From a virus (taxonomy: Duplodnaviria > Caudoviricetes): a DNA stretch of 62,899 nt. Every line of letters begins with the position of its first letter. The first letter of the stretch is position 1. The stretch spans positions 1 through 62,899 of IMG/VR virus record IMGVR_UViG_3300032304_001576; one strand, given 5' to 3'. The translations under genes and the position numbers were made by a program. The notes below the pieces were generated by a model, which was given only the letters and a program-made list of their open reading frames with translations, had not been told where the DNA came from and searched no databases. This document shows, one piece after another, positions 1-7,750 of the stretch.

Positions 1-116
1 GTCCTCTAGCATATAGGACTCGCCAGTATATTCTCTAAGGAAGGCTAGATCGGTTTTAGCAATCCAACTATTATCTCCCCGCCCGTCATTATCTATCTCA
101 TAGAAATGAATAGTCA

Positions 117-470
117 TTACTCCACCGTCCAGAATGATAGTTGGCCTGCATATTCTTTCTGCTCCCGCTCGTAGTCTGCCCATGTATCCATAGGCTCATC
201 GCAATCCCAGAAGAGCGCCTCCCACAGACGCAGATCATCAAGGAGGCTACGTCCTGTCACCACCGCACCATTAGGCAACTTATATGTCCGATCAAATACA
301 GACTCATCCTCGTAGTCATAGTCCCAATTCTCGGGAATGTCTGCCCATCCTGAGATAAATGGATACGAGTCTGCCTGCAACTCATCGAATATCTCCTGCA
401 CGCGCATCTGAATGTCAGCAGGAATCGGCGGGTAGAAGTTAGCAGTAAGGTGCATGGTGATATTAGGCAT
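117..470 (-). CDS. Hypothetical early phage protein (acidic)
   Basis: 117-aa ORF, stop/start coupled to the upstream ORF, GGAGG-type RBS upstream. Confidence 0.75.
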   Translation of the reverse strand: MPNITMHLTANFYPPIPADIQMRVQEIFDELQADSYPFISGWADIPENWDYDYEDESVFDRTYKLPNGAVVTGRSLLDDLRLWEALFWDCDEPMDTWADYEREQKEYAGQLSFWTVE

Positions 471-646
471 TAGCCCTCCATAGGTTCGATACTAACGGAC
501 TCCTGAAGATAGCCGCCCTCAGTAAGTACGGCCTCTCCTTGATAGTCACCATTATAGAAGTTTTCCATAGCCTCGTCAATATTAGAAGCCTCTACGTCCA
601 ACCTCCACCAATCCTCAGTAGTAAAACTAATCCTATACTTAGGCAT
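470..646 (-). CDS. Small hypothetical protein (58 aa, MPKYRISFTT...)
   Basis: Hand-translated; GGAGG RBS upstream; TAATG overlap with next gene. Confidence 0.65.
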   Translation of the reverse strand: MPKYRISFTTEDWWRLDVEASNIDEAMENFYNGDYQGEAVLTEGGYLQESVSIEPMEG

Positions 647-658
647 CCTGATCCTCCA

Positions 659-793
659 TTACTTCCACTTCCAATCCCAATGTACTGAGTAGGGGAAACC
701 ATAGTCCTCATCATAGCCAAAACGCTCGCCCATTACAAGCAAAGCGTCTGCTTCTTCTTCACATTCAATCTCTACAATGAATGTATGTTTCAT
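659..793 (-). CDS. Small hypothetical protein (44 aa, MKHTFIVEIEC...)
   Basis: Hand-translated; GGAGG RBS upstream. Confidence 0.6.
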   Translation of the reverse strand: MKHTFIVEIECEEEADALLVMGERFGYDEDYGFPYSVHWDWKWK

Positions 794-817
794 TACGCCT
801 CCACCTCTTCAGTAGTC

Positions 818-976
818 TTATGAATAATCGTCTTCAACCTCGGCTTCTAGCCGTTCAACTTCGGAACGCACATAGCGAAAAATCTGATCACGCTCGTCAG
901 CCCTGACCAATGCGATTAGACGACATTGACAGTTGTGTGGATCGTCGTCTGAGAAGCACAGCGGGTCGTGGGTCAT
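818..976 (-). CDS. Small hypothetical protein (52 aa, MTHDPLC...C.C.LIALVRADER)
   Basis: Hand-translated; AAGGAG RBS; Cys/His pattern. Confidence 0.6.
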   Translation of the reverse strand: MTHDPLCFSDDDPHNCQCRLIALVRADERDQIFRYVRSEVERLEAEVEDDYS

Positions 977-1012
977 TAGTTTCTCCTTAGATACTATCTT
1001 TATAGATACTTC

Positions 1013-1144
1013 TTAGTATACTCGCAATTCTGTCCAGTCCCAAGCGTACTCTTGCAGAAAGTCCTCTACCTTAGCGATAGCCTCGCTCTCATCCTCTGCG
1101 TCAATGATGAAACTAACATTCTGAACCTCTACTGAAATATCCAT
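1013..1144 (-). CDS. Small hypothetical protein (43 aa)
   Basis: Hand-translated; TGATG coupling with upstream ORF and GGAGG RBS. Confidence 0.55.
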   Translation of the reverse strand: MDISVEVQNVSFIIDAEDESEAIAKVEDFLQEYAWDWTELRVY

Positions 1145-1356
1145 CACGCCTCCACAAAGTTGTAGTAGTAACGAGTATAGCCAAGCGGGTTGGAAGAATC
1201 CTCGGGACGGAGGATAGGATGATCTCCAAAATCCAATGCACCCTTCACACCATCAGACTTGCGCTTGACTACACACATGCCATAAGCAAATCCTAGAACC
1301 TCATACTGCTCTAGCATCTGATCTTTGGTAAGCATATTACTGGCTAGCATCTGCAT
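1144..1356 (-). CDS. Hypothetical early protein (VVKRKSDGVKGAL...RYYYNF)
   Basis: ORF track; the likely start is the ATG near 1337 (MLTKDQ), coupled to the upstream stop. Confidence 0.7.
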   Translation of the reverse strand: MQMLASNMLTKDQMLEQYEVLGFAYGMCVVKRKSDGVKGALDFGDHPILRPEDSSNPLGYTRYYYNFVEA

Positions 1357-1651
1357 CCTCCGTTAGATAGAGACTCTGATCTATTACTTCCCAATACAAT
1401 CCCTCGCGGGTATTGGTGTTGAGATATTCTAGCGCATCCTCAAAGGTCCAGTCAATCGAATCAAGAATATCCTGCTCACGATCAAAGTCGTCATCAGGAT
1501 TCTTCATCCAATCTACGTCAGCAACAAAGGCTTCCCACTCCATCTCAAAACCATAGTCATGAGCCAGTTCGATAACTAGACACATGAAATCAAAGTTGGA
1601 GCGGTGGGTACAGTCAATGTAGCAACCAGTCTCAGCATCACTCAGATTCAT
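1337..1651 (-). CDS. Hypothetical acidic early protein
   Basis: ORF track 1337..1681; start trimmed to MNLSDAETG to reduce overlap. Confidence 0.7.
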   Translation of the reverse strand: MNLSDAETGCYIDCTHRSNFDFMCLVIELAHDYGFEMEWEAFVADVDWMKNPDDDFDREQDILDSIDWTFEDALEYLNTNTREGLYWEVIDQSLYLTEDADASQ

Positions 1652-1877
1652 CATCATCATCTCCATAGTCAAATGATACATTCTCTACCGTAGGAACGAT
1701 AGAAATATTACCCATGATCTCGTTATACAACGAGGGGTCGGAGCCAGAAGCAAGATCATTTGCAAACTCCTCCAACTCTCGGCGGGAAAGACCAAACTCC
1801 TCCCAGTCATACTCAAAATCCATAAAGTGACCAGTTCCCTCGTAGATAAGTTCTACTGAGAATGTGATGGTTGCCAT
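1638..1877 (-). CDS. Hypothetical acidic early protein
   Basis: ORF track; start MATITF coupled to upstream TAA, GGAGG RBS. Confidence 0.7.
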   Translation of the reverse strand: MATITFSVELIYEGTGHFMDFEYDWEEFGLSRRELEEFANDLASGSDPSLYNEIMGNISIVPTVENVSFDYGDDDDESE

Positions 1878-2080
1878 TAGTTCCTCCAAGTGGTAGGGAT
1901 ACGTCCATTACGCATGTAGTAATCAAGGGCGAGAAGATCGGTGCTAAGAGAGTTCGCAGCATTATCCATGGAAAAGCCCTCGCCTGACAACACTCTGCTA
2001 GCAATATCTAAAAGGTTATCCAACACCTCATCCTCGCCATTAGGCCACTCGTCGCGCAACTTATCTAGATCATATGCCAT
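1877..2080 (-). CDS. Hypothetical early protein
   Basis: ORF with AGGAGG RBS directly downstream of the TGTCAGAC promoter at 2105-2126. Confidence 0.75.
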   Translation of the reverse strand: MAYDLDKLRDEWPNGEDEVLDNLLDIASRVLSGEGFSMDNAANSLSTDLLALDYYMRNGRIPTTWRN

Positions 2081-2224
2081 AGTTTCCTCCTATCGAATAC
2101 ATAAAGCGTAGCATAGGGGTCTGACATATTCCAGCGAAAATTCCTGTGACTTTCGTAAGGGTCATCGTAAAAGGTCTTGGAATATTCTTGGACGGCCCGG
2201 CCCCAAATTCTTAGATTTGTCAAG

Positions 2225-2297
2225 CGCACCTGATGGGATTCGAACCCACGACCTCCACCGTGACAGGGTGGCGAGATAACCGCTACTCTACAAGTGC
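2225..2297 (-). tRNA. tRNA-Asp(GTC)
   Basis: Cloverleaf: GCACTTG/CAGGTGC acceptor, CCACC-CT-GTC-AC-GGTGG anticodon arm, GTTCGAATC T loop; CCA not encoded. Confidence 0.93.
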
Positions 2298-2301
2298 CAA
2301 G

Positions 2302-2369
2302 CACCACCCCAAAGAATCGAACTCTGCACGACAAGGGTTGGAATCTCGTCTGCGCCCAGCGCGGGTGGC
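2302..2369 (-). tRNA. Atypical tRNA-Trp(CCA)-like RNA (68 nt, minimal D arm)
   Basis: Acceptor GCCACCC/GGGTGGT, T arm CAGAG-TTCGATT-CTTTG, loop TT-CCA-AC; D arm only GCGC-TGG-GCGC. Confidence 0.7.
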
Positions 2370-2373
2370 GTGC

Positions 2374-2400
2374 AGGCAGTTTTACATCATGCCCAGGATG
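2374..2400 (-). ncRNA. Compact H-type pseudoknot motif, copy 1
   Basis: CATC-CTGGGCAT-GATG-TAAAAC-TGCCT; ends 4 nt 5' of the tRNA-Trp-like RNA. Confidence 0.6.
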
Positions 2401-2405
2401 TTTGA

Positions 2406-3401
2406 TTACGCGAAAGCGATCTCCTTGACCGCCCTCAGGATGCGACCCTTCTCCGCATTGGTGACAGGATCGAAACCGCTAGCAGCAGCGAGAACATTCT
2501 CAGCACCACGCTCGCCACGACCCTTGCGGAACCAGTCAAGGCGCTCCGTCATGGCATTGAACGCACCCCACGCGGTGGTAGCGATCATGTTGTTGGTGTC
2601 AGAGGTCCAAATCTCCTCAATGAGATCGACCTTGTTCTCCCACTTCTTGATAGCACCCTTAGCATCAGCCTCAGGACGCGGGTAGACAGCCTGCACGATA
2701 GCATCGAACTTGGCCTTGGTGATATCCTTGGCAATGAGAGCCTGAGCCTCCTTGTCGAACTCGTCCAGGTAGGTGTTTGCGAGAGCAAGAGCCTCGCGTG
2801 CAGCAGCAACCTTGCCACCGACAGTCTGCGTGTGACGAATCTTGAAGGACTGCTTCACACCTGACAGCGCCATGTTGAGAGTGTTCTGGCACACAACGCG
2901 GACGGGAGTGATAGAAGCCTGCACAGCGGTAGAACCGTCATGCGAGGTGTGGACAAGAAGGTAGGACTTCACAACATCCGACACGCCCTTAGGATCAAGG
3001 ACAGTCTCACGCTCAAGCGCGAGCGAACCGAACACAACGCGACCCTGACGAATAGAGCCAGCAGTCTCCCAGCGACCACCGTCAAGCAGCGCATCACCGA
3101 AGTCGAAAAGATCCTCGTTCTGAAGAACGTGGTAACGCTCGCCAACGGTAGCGAGAACGTCAGTACCCTGGTCGAAGGGATTGTCACGAAGGACCATGTA
3201 GGAAGGCGTGATCACATTGTACGCCCTGGGGTAAGGAACGGCCTCCAGGCGAACGTTCCAGTTGGAAAGGTAAGCCGCATCCAGCATCTCGCGGGTGGAC
3301 TTCTCCTCAAAGAACACGGTGCCAAGACCATGCCATGCGGGTTCGCGGAAGGAAGCAAAAGCCTGCTCTCCGTTAGCGCCAACCTCTACTGCGTGTGCCA
3401 T
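2406..3401 (-). CDS. DUF932/DUF945-family phage/plasmid protein (TIGR03299-like)
   Basis: Motifs AWHGLG, LLVHTSHDGS, TPVRVVCQNT, IRHT, TAWGAFNA; AAGGAG RBS. Confidence 0.85.
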   Translation of the reverse strand: MAHAVEVGANGEQAFASFREPAWHGLGTVFFEEKSTREMLDAAYLSNWNVRLEAVPYPRAYNVITPSYMVLRDNPFDQGTDVLATVGERYHVLQNEDLFDFGDALLDGGRWETAGSIRQGRVVFGSLALERETVLDPKGVSDVVKSYLLVHTSHDGSTAVQASITPVRVVCQNTLNMALSGVKQSFKIRHTQTVGGKVAAAREALALANTYLDEFDKEAQALIAKDITKAKFDAIVQAVYPRPEADAKGAIKKWENKVDLIEEIWTSDTNNMIATTAWGAFNAMTERLDWFRKGRGERGAENVLAAASGFDPVTNAEKGRILRAVKEIAFA

Positions 3402-3570
3402 ATGTATCTCCTTAGTTGATTGAACTTATAGAAGAACTATACACCCTAGGTCTGACAGTCTCAAGGATATCTAGCAGATTATTTAGATAAATTTCTGGTA
3501 ACAAATTCCCGTGATCGTAAAATAGAGGTCGTAAATGCTTGACAGATTAAATTTTTTCGGGCCGGGGTCT

Positions 3571-3614
3571 AATAAAATAAGACGGGGGGAAGGAGACCGT
3601 CACTTCCCCCCGCC
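3571..3614 (-). terminator. Rho-independent terminator
   Basis: GGCGGGGGGAAG...CTTCCCCCCGTC stem followed by TTATTTTATT on the minus strand. Confidence 0.75.
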
Positions 3615-3622
3615 CGACTAGG

Positions 3623-3684
3623 CCCCTGGAGAGGGAAGCGGAATGGTGGGGTTGGTGGCGGATTCCGCACATTCTCTCCAGGGG
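3623..3684 (-). ncRNA. Putative structured RNA (long hairpin with C-rich loop) downstream of tRNA-Glu
   Basis: CCCCTGGAGAG/CTCTCCAGGGG and GCGGAAT/ATTCCGC stems enclosing CCGCCACCAACCCCACC. Confidence 0.45.
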
Positions 3685-3687
3685 TTG

Positions 3688-3760
3688 TACTCCCAACGGG
3701 ATTCGAACCCGTGCTACCGCCTTGAAAGGGCGGCGTCCTTGGCCTCTAGACGATGGGAGC
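3688..3760 (-). tRNA. tRNA-Glu(TTC)
   Basis: Canonical cloverleaf GCTCCCA...CCGCC-CT-TTC-AA-GGCGG...GTTCGAATC...TGGGAGT-A. Confidence 0.95.
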
Positions 3761-3763
3761 CGT

Positions 3764-3798
3764 GAGCAGTTTATTATGCAAGACATGCTCAGGTCTGC
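3764..3798 (-). ncRNA. Compact H-type pseudoknot motif, copy 2
   Basis: GCAGAC-CTGAGCAT-GTCTTGC-ATAATAAAC-TGCTC; ends 3 nt 5' of tRNA-Glu. Confidence 0.6.
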
Positions 3799-3831
3799 AG
3801 GGCGGAGGCGTAGTTAGGATACCACCGCTGC

Positions 3832-4254
3832 CTAACTCTCTGTCCAGTCGATCTCCATATGATCCTCTGAGAAATCAGACTCTAGATCGCTGTAGTAGGA
3901 CACATCAAGACTAGCATTCAGAGAATCCTCAAGTCTATCCATGTCGAAATTGAGAGGAGCAGTAACAATACCAGAGAATGTGACGGTAATTGTCACATCA
4001 TAGTCCTTGGTGATATTGAAACCAAAGATATCGACAATGCTCTGAGAGATATTCTCATCAATGTAGTCAAACTGATCCTTGATGTATTGCTCAAGATTGT
4101 CAATCATTGACTGCTTCTCATGATTCTTGTCCCGCCAGAAGTTACGATCACTCTCCATATCGGCAAGTTTTTTCTCAAGATCGCGGTACTTCTGCTCCAA
4201 CTCCTGCATAGTGGGCGGGAATGGATGAATGTCAGTCATACTAGGATCAATCAT
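3832..4254 (-). CDS. Hypothetical protein with N-terminal coiled coil
   Basis: ORF track; GGAGG RBS; heptad-like segment. Confidence 0.8.
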   Translation of the reverse strand: MIDPSMTDIHPFPPTMQELEQKYRDLEKKLADMESDRNFWRDKNHEKQSMIDNLEQYIKDQFDYIDENISQSIVDIFGFNITKDYDVTITVTFSGIVTAPLNFDMDRLEDSLNASLDVSYYSDLESDFSEDHMEIDWTES

Positions 4255-4255
4255 T

Positions 4256-4645
4256 TCAGACCTCCATCAATGTCTTGGCGTACTTACGGATAAACTCGTT
4301 CAGAGAGAACTCTACAATGATATCAGTCAGCACTCCCGCCGTCCAGTCATAGTCATACAGAGTTACGGTCTGGAATGCAAAGTCATAGACAGGAACCTTA
4401 TGCTCGTTGTCTGCAAGGTAATTGACGGTAACACCCCAGTTATAGTCACTAGACCATGCATCGCCAACCAAACGTGAAATGATGATGCGATTAGCATAAG
4501 CCTGGTCGTCAATGCGTCCAGCATCCTGAACACGGTCAAGAGCATTAGCAAACCTAGCAAGCATACCCTCGCCTGCCCAATGTCCGTAGACGTAGATGAT
4601 GTTGCCGTCTACCTGACGCAATCCAAAGTTAGCGCGGTCTCCCAT
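4256..4645 (-). CDS. Hypothetical early protein (MGDRAN...YGHWAG)
   Basis: ORF track 4256..4684; start trimmed to the ATG downstream of the promoter at 4675-4696. Confidence 0.8.
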   Translation of the reverse strand: MGDRANFGLRQVDGNIIYVYGHWAGEGMLARFANALDRVQDAGRIDDQAYANRIIISRLVGDAWSSDYNWGVTVNYLADNEHKVPVYDFAFQTVTLYDYDWTAGVLTDIIVEFSLNEFIRKYAKTLMEV

Positions 4646-4713
4646 ATCGGTCTCTTTCTGTAGTAGGTAGTAGAACTCTATCATGTGGGTCTGACAGTAG
4701 TCAAGACTTTATG

Positions 4714-4795
4714 TGCCTAAGGTGGGACTTGAACCCACACTCCAGATGGAACACGATTTTGAGTCGTGCGTGTCTGCCAATTCCACCACTCAGGC
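4714..4795 (-). tRNA. tRNA-Leu(CAA)
   Basis: GCCTGAG/CTTAGGC acceptor, CACGA-CT-CAA-AA-TCGTG anticodon arm, long variable arm, GTTCAAGTC T loop. Confidence 0.93.
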
Positions 4796-4797
4796 TT

Positions 4798-4872
4798 ATG
4801 CGGTGTGTGGGGAGTGTCATCGCAGATCCTCTACATAACCTATCCCACAACTTACTAGGATCTCAACCGCAT
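4798..4872 (-). ncRNA. Putative pseudoknotted ncRNA between pseudoknot copy 3 and tRNA-Leu
   Basis: Closing stem ATGCGGT/ACCGCAT, inner stem AGATCCT/AGGATCT, loop TGTGGG complementary to downstream CCCACA. Confidence 0.5.
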
Positions 4873-4873
4873 T

Positions 4874-4904
4874 GGGCAGTTTTAGCGAACATGCCCAGGT
4901 TCGC
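4874..4904 (-). ncRNA. Compact H-type pseudoknot motif, copy 3
   Basis: GCGAAC-CTGGGCAT-GTTCGC-TAAAAC-TGCCC. Confidence 0.6.
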
Positions 4905-4908
4905 CCTA

Positions 4909-5064
4909 CTATCGACCAGCAGGGACGCCCTTGCGGAGTGTCTCAAGTGCGGGGGTTGAATCAACGAACTTGCCATCAATGCGGGTGACAATACGAGTCT
5001 GAACCCCGTAGCGAGTGTTCCAAGTCTCAAGATATGAGAACTTGTTTTCCTTCTTCTTAGCCAT
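4909..5064 (-). CDS. Small basic hypothetical protein (51 aa, MAKKKENKF...)
   Basis: Hand-translated; AAGGAG RBS. Confidence 0.65.
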   Translation of the reverse strand: MAKKKENKFSYLETWNTRYGVQTRIVTRIDGKFVDSTPALETLRKGVPAGR

Positions 5065-5074
5065 TTGTTTCTCC

Positions 5075-5284
5075 TTATTCTAGAATGAGTAGGTCGATCA
5101 TATCATCTTCGGGGAGGTGGTAGATATCTTCCTCTCCGTCAAGGTCTTTATAGTGAATATCATACCCTCCTTCCACCGAATCTACAAAGGAAACGACTAT
5201 CTCATTTCCGTCGGCGGTGCGGAGAATATCATTAGGTTCTATAGAGAACCCATATAACTTATCAGCAACTAGGTATTCACCCAT
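5075..5284 (-). CDS. Hypothetical protein
   Basis: ORF track; GGAGG RBS; TTGACG-N17-TACTTT promoter upstream (~5315-5343). Confidence 0.75.
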   Translation of the reverse strand: MGEYLVADKLYGFSIEPNDILRTADGNEIVVSFVDSVEGGYDIHYKDLDGEEDIYHLPEDDMIDLLILE

Positions 5285-5588
5285 CTATTTCCTCCCCTCT
5301 TCAGTTATGCCTCTAAAGTACACGATATTGCCGTGATCGTCAAGGGGGGAGTCTTAAAAGTTTCTGTGAAATATTCCTGTGATTTCTTAATCGTAATCGT
5401 AAATATATGGACATATGTGTACAAAGCGGCCCGGCCCCGCCGAAGCGGGGCTGTCAAGCCTATTTGTCCATGAGTCCGATTATTACTCCTAGGGCGAGGA
5501 AGAATCCGATAGCGACGAGAAAAATCTCCATATCACACTCCCACAAAATCGCGCAGCATCTCCCGAAAGTTCTCTAGCGTGATATCGT

Positions 5589-6146
5589 TCACGCTGCACC
5601 CCCTCGCACGATGATCCAGATAAGAGCCTGCGCGGTGCGCGGTGTGATTCCAAACTGTGCAGCAACGGACTCAACAGCCTCAGACAGTAGAGCGTATTGA
5701 GTCTTATTAGGAGAGTCAGTCTCCATACCTGCCGCACGCATCATCCAAACGTCAATGACAACCGCGTTAGTGTCGCCTGCGATAGCGCGAGCGAATGCGT
5801 TAGTCTTCTGACCCTTGAGCGCGTCAAAGCCTGCCGCTACGGATGCGTCAGCCATGCGGAGATTATTGCCAAGGCCAGCGGGACGCGAGCCAAGCGAGTA
5901 CGCGATAGCCTTAGCGACATTAGTAGACCAGCGCTCACGCGGGGAGAATGCTGCAACGATAGACGCGCCAACCTCAAGCGAGGTGCCAAGGTTGCGAGCA
6001 ACCTCAGAGGCAACGGCAGCGGCGTCATGGTACCAGACGCTAGCAGCCTCAGTCTGCGAAAGGGTGGCGGTCATGATAAGGCTCTCAAAGCGAGCGGCGT
6101 AGGTAGCGTATGCGAGTGTGCCCTCAGGGGCGGTAACTGTAATCAT
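5589..6146 (-). CDS. Conserved phage protein (DUF7178-like; possible helical DNA-glycosylase-like fold)
   Basis: Motifs WY, AFSP..RW..N, GQKTNAF, VVIDVWMMRAA; leaderless ATG 6 nt after the -10 of promoter 6153-6174. Confidence 0.65.
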   Translation of the reverse strand: MITVTAPEGTLAYATYAARFESLIMTATLSQTEAASVWYHDAAAVASEVARNLGTSLEVGASIVAAFSPRERWSTNVAKAIAYSLGSRPAGLGNNLRMADASVAAGFDALKGQKTNAFARAIAGDTNAVVIDVWMMRAAGMETDSPNKTQYALLSEAVESVAAQFGITPRTAQALIWIIVRGGAA

Positions 6147-6195
6147 GGAATGATCCTAGCACTAGGGTCTGACATTGAAAGGGGGAATATTGGGA

Positions 6196-6342
6196 TCAGT
6201 CGGTAACGAAACGGTTACGATGCTTGTCCTTGCGCGAATACTTGGCCTTATTCTTATGAGGCTGCGCGGCATTAGAGCGACGACGCTCAACAACGATACG
6301 ATTATGCTCCGCACTACGGCGGGGGCTCACACGATTACTCAT
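6196..6342 (-). CDS. Small basic protein (48 aa; RRSNAAQPHKNKAKYSRKDKH)
   Basis: Hand-translated; leaderless start after TTGACA-N18-TATGCT. Confidence 0.65.
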   Translation of the reverse strand: MSNRVSPRRSAEHNRIVVERRRSNAAQPHKNKAKYSRKDKHRNRFVTD

Positions 6343-6447
6343 AGGGTGAGCATATCATGACCGTGATCCCCGTGTCAAATCGTAAGAGGTCGTAAATCTA
6401 TGAGTATTCTTGGAATCGCGGCCCGGCCCCGCTTTCGCGGGGTGGTA

Positions 6448-6576
6448 TTAGATAAAATCCACCAAATCCCCATCCATGATCTCTGAGGGATCGATTCCCA
6501 AGTCTTCTGCGATAGCCTCCCACAGTTCATCCTCTGTGAAGTCGCCATCGGCGGGAAGGTAATCTAGATAACTCAT
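6448..6576 (-). CDS. Small acidic hypothetical protein (42 aa)
   Basis: Hand-translated; AGGAG RBS. Confidence 0.6.
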   Translation of the reverse strand: MSYLDYLPADGDFTEDELWEAIAEDLGIDPSEIMDGDLVDFI

Positions 6577-6577
6577 T

Positions 6578-6712
6578 CTAATACTCCTGTTCGTCTACTT
6601 GGTCAATGATCTCGTTATACAGAGAAGTTACGATCCATCCCTGCGACATTAGTTCCTGTAGGCACGTTAGCAATTGATCCCAATTGGCACGAGGCATCTC
6701 TACCTTTACCAT
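6578..6712 (-). CDS. Small hypothetical protein (44 aa)
   Basis: Hand-translated; GAGGAGG RBS. Confidence 0.6.
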   Translation of the reverse strand: MVKVEMPRANWDQLLTCLQELMSQGWIVTSLYNEIIDQVDEQEY

Positions 6713-6791
6713 TAGTCCTCCTCACAATACTTGCAATGATGATGTGGGTTTACGAGCATGTCGATTAGGTGATCGGCAAATTCTAGTCTCA

Positions 6792-7007
6792 TCATGCCAC
6801 CGCCAATGCAACGCGCTTACGCTCTTCACCTGTCATGCCACCATAGACATGCGGCTCAAAGTCTTCATTAGCGAGTGCGAATGACAAACACTCTTGGATA
6901 ACGGGACATGATGCACACACAGCCTTAGCAATGTTTACGCGGGAGGTCACTCCCGAAAGGAATACGCTAGAGTCCATACCAGCGCACGCTGCCCTATCCT
7001 GCCACAT
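6792..7007 (-). CDS. whiB: WhiB-family (Wbl) Fe-S transcription factor
   Basis: W..RAAC, AKAVCASCPVIQEC..FAL, VYGGMTGEER: four Cys plus a variant of the G[IV]WGG turn. Confidence 0.9.
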   Translation of the reverse strand: MWQDRAACAGMDSSVFLSGVTSRVNIAKAVCASCPVIQECLSFALANEDFEPHVYGGMTGEERKRVALAVA

Positions 7008-7158
7008 CAGAACGGCACCTCCTCATAGCGAACGCCATCAGCGATTAGCGTTCCGTTGTCAAGATATGTCACGCGGGTAGAGTCGAAAGCCTCATCCTCT
7101 AGCGTGTAGTAAACATCTAGCCATGCCTTCTCAAACTCTACGCCAAACTTATTGCACT

Positions 7159-7296
7159 TCACAGTTCATCACTCCAATCTAGAATCTCATAGTCTTCAGG
7201 TACGTCCTGAGAGGAAACATACTTCAGAGCCTTATCGCGGGTATTGAATGCCTTCTTGAATCGGTTCAAGTGGAACACGCGGTAGTAGTTGGTCAT
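7159..7296 (-). CDS. Small hypothetical protein (45 aa)
   Basis: Hand-translated; leaderless start after promoter 7303-7324. Confidence 0.6.
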   Translation of the reverse strand: MTNYYRVFHLNRFKKAFNTRDKALKYVSSQDVPEDYEILDWSDEL

Positions 7297-7421
7297 GGCT
7301 TCACCTTATCAGAGGGGTCTGACACCCAAGGGTTAGGGTCAAGGTCAAGGCTCAACTTCATAGCCTCCATCTCGTCATGGTGACGAGCGAACCAATCCTC
7401 GTCGGCGGGGTAATAATGCAT
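7293..7421 (-). CDS. Small hypothetical protein ending in VSDPSDKVKP
   Basis: Hand-translated; GAAAGG RBS, with an alternative in-frame leaderless ATG at 7439; runs through the next promoter. Confidence 0.5.
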   Translation of the reverse strand: MHYYPADEDWFARHHDEMEAMKLSLDLDPNPWVSDPSDKVKP

Positions 7422-7553
7422 CTCTGTCCTTTCACTCATAGGATGACTTTATCATAGGGGTCTGACACTCAAGCATCCCCGTGACCGTTTTCGTGTGTGT
7501 CGTATGTCACATCGTAAGACTTGACAATGTGAGGATTTTCGGGCCGGGGCCTT

Positions 7554-7685
7554 TCAGTAGTAGTCGTAGTAGTCGTCATCAAGACGGCGCTGGACAGAGG
7601 CATAGATTGCCCCCATATCGGGGACATAGTTGCAGCCAAGGCCATCGGTGTGTCCACAGCACGGGTAATCTTCACAGCGAGCCAT
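7554..7685 (-). CDS. Small Cys-rich protein (MARCEDYPCCGH..., 43 aa)
   Basis: Hand-translated; GAAAGGA RBS, downstream of promoter 7714-7735. Confidence 0.7.
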   Translation of the reverse strand: MARCEDYPCCGHTDGLGCNYVPDMGAIYASVQRRLDDDYYDYY

Positions 7686-7750
7686 TTTCGTGTCCTTTCG
7701 TATGTGTATCGTAAGACTAGCACAGGGGTCTGACAGCGAGCCGGGGCCTT

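Noticed and set aside
2065-4959. Track ORFs 2065..2334, 2233..2685, 3547..3786 and 4711..4959
   Set aside because: They overlap tRNA genes and regulatory modules or are antisense to a real gene
2585-6206. Alternative-frame and antisense ORFs within the DUF932 gene and 5589..6146
   Set aside because: Shadow ORFs expected from GC-richer codon usage; no RBS or recognisable motifs
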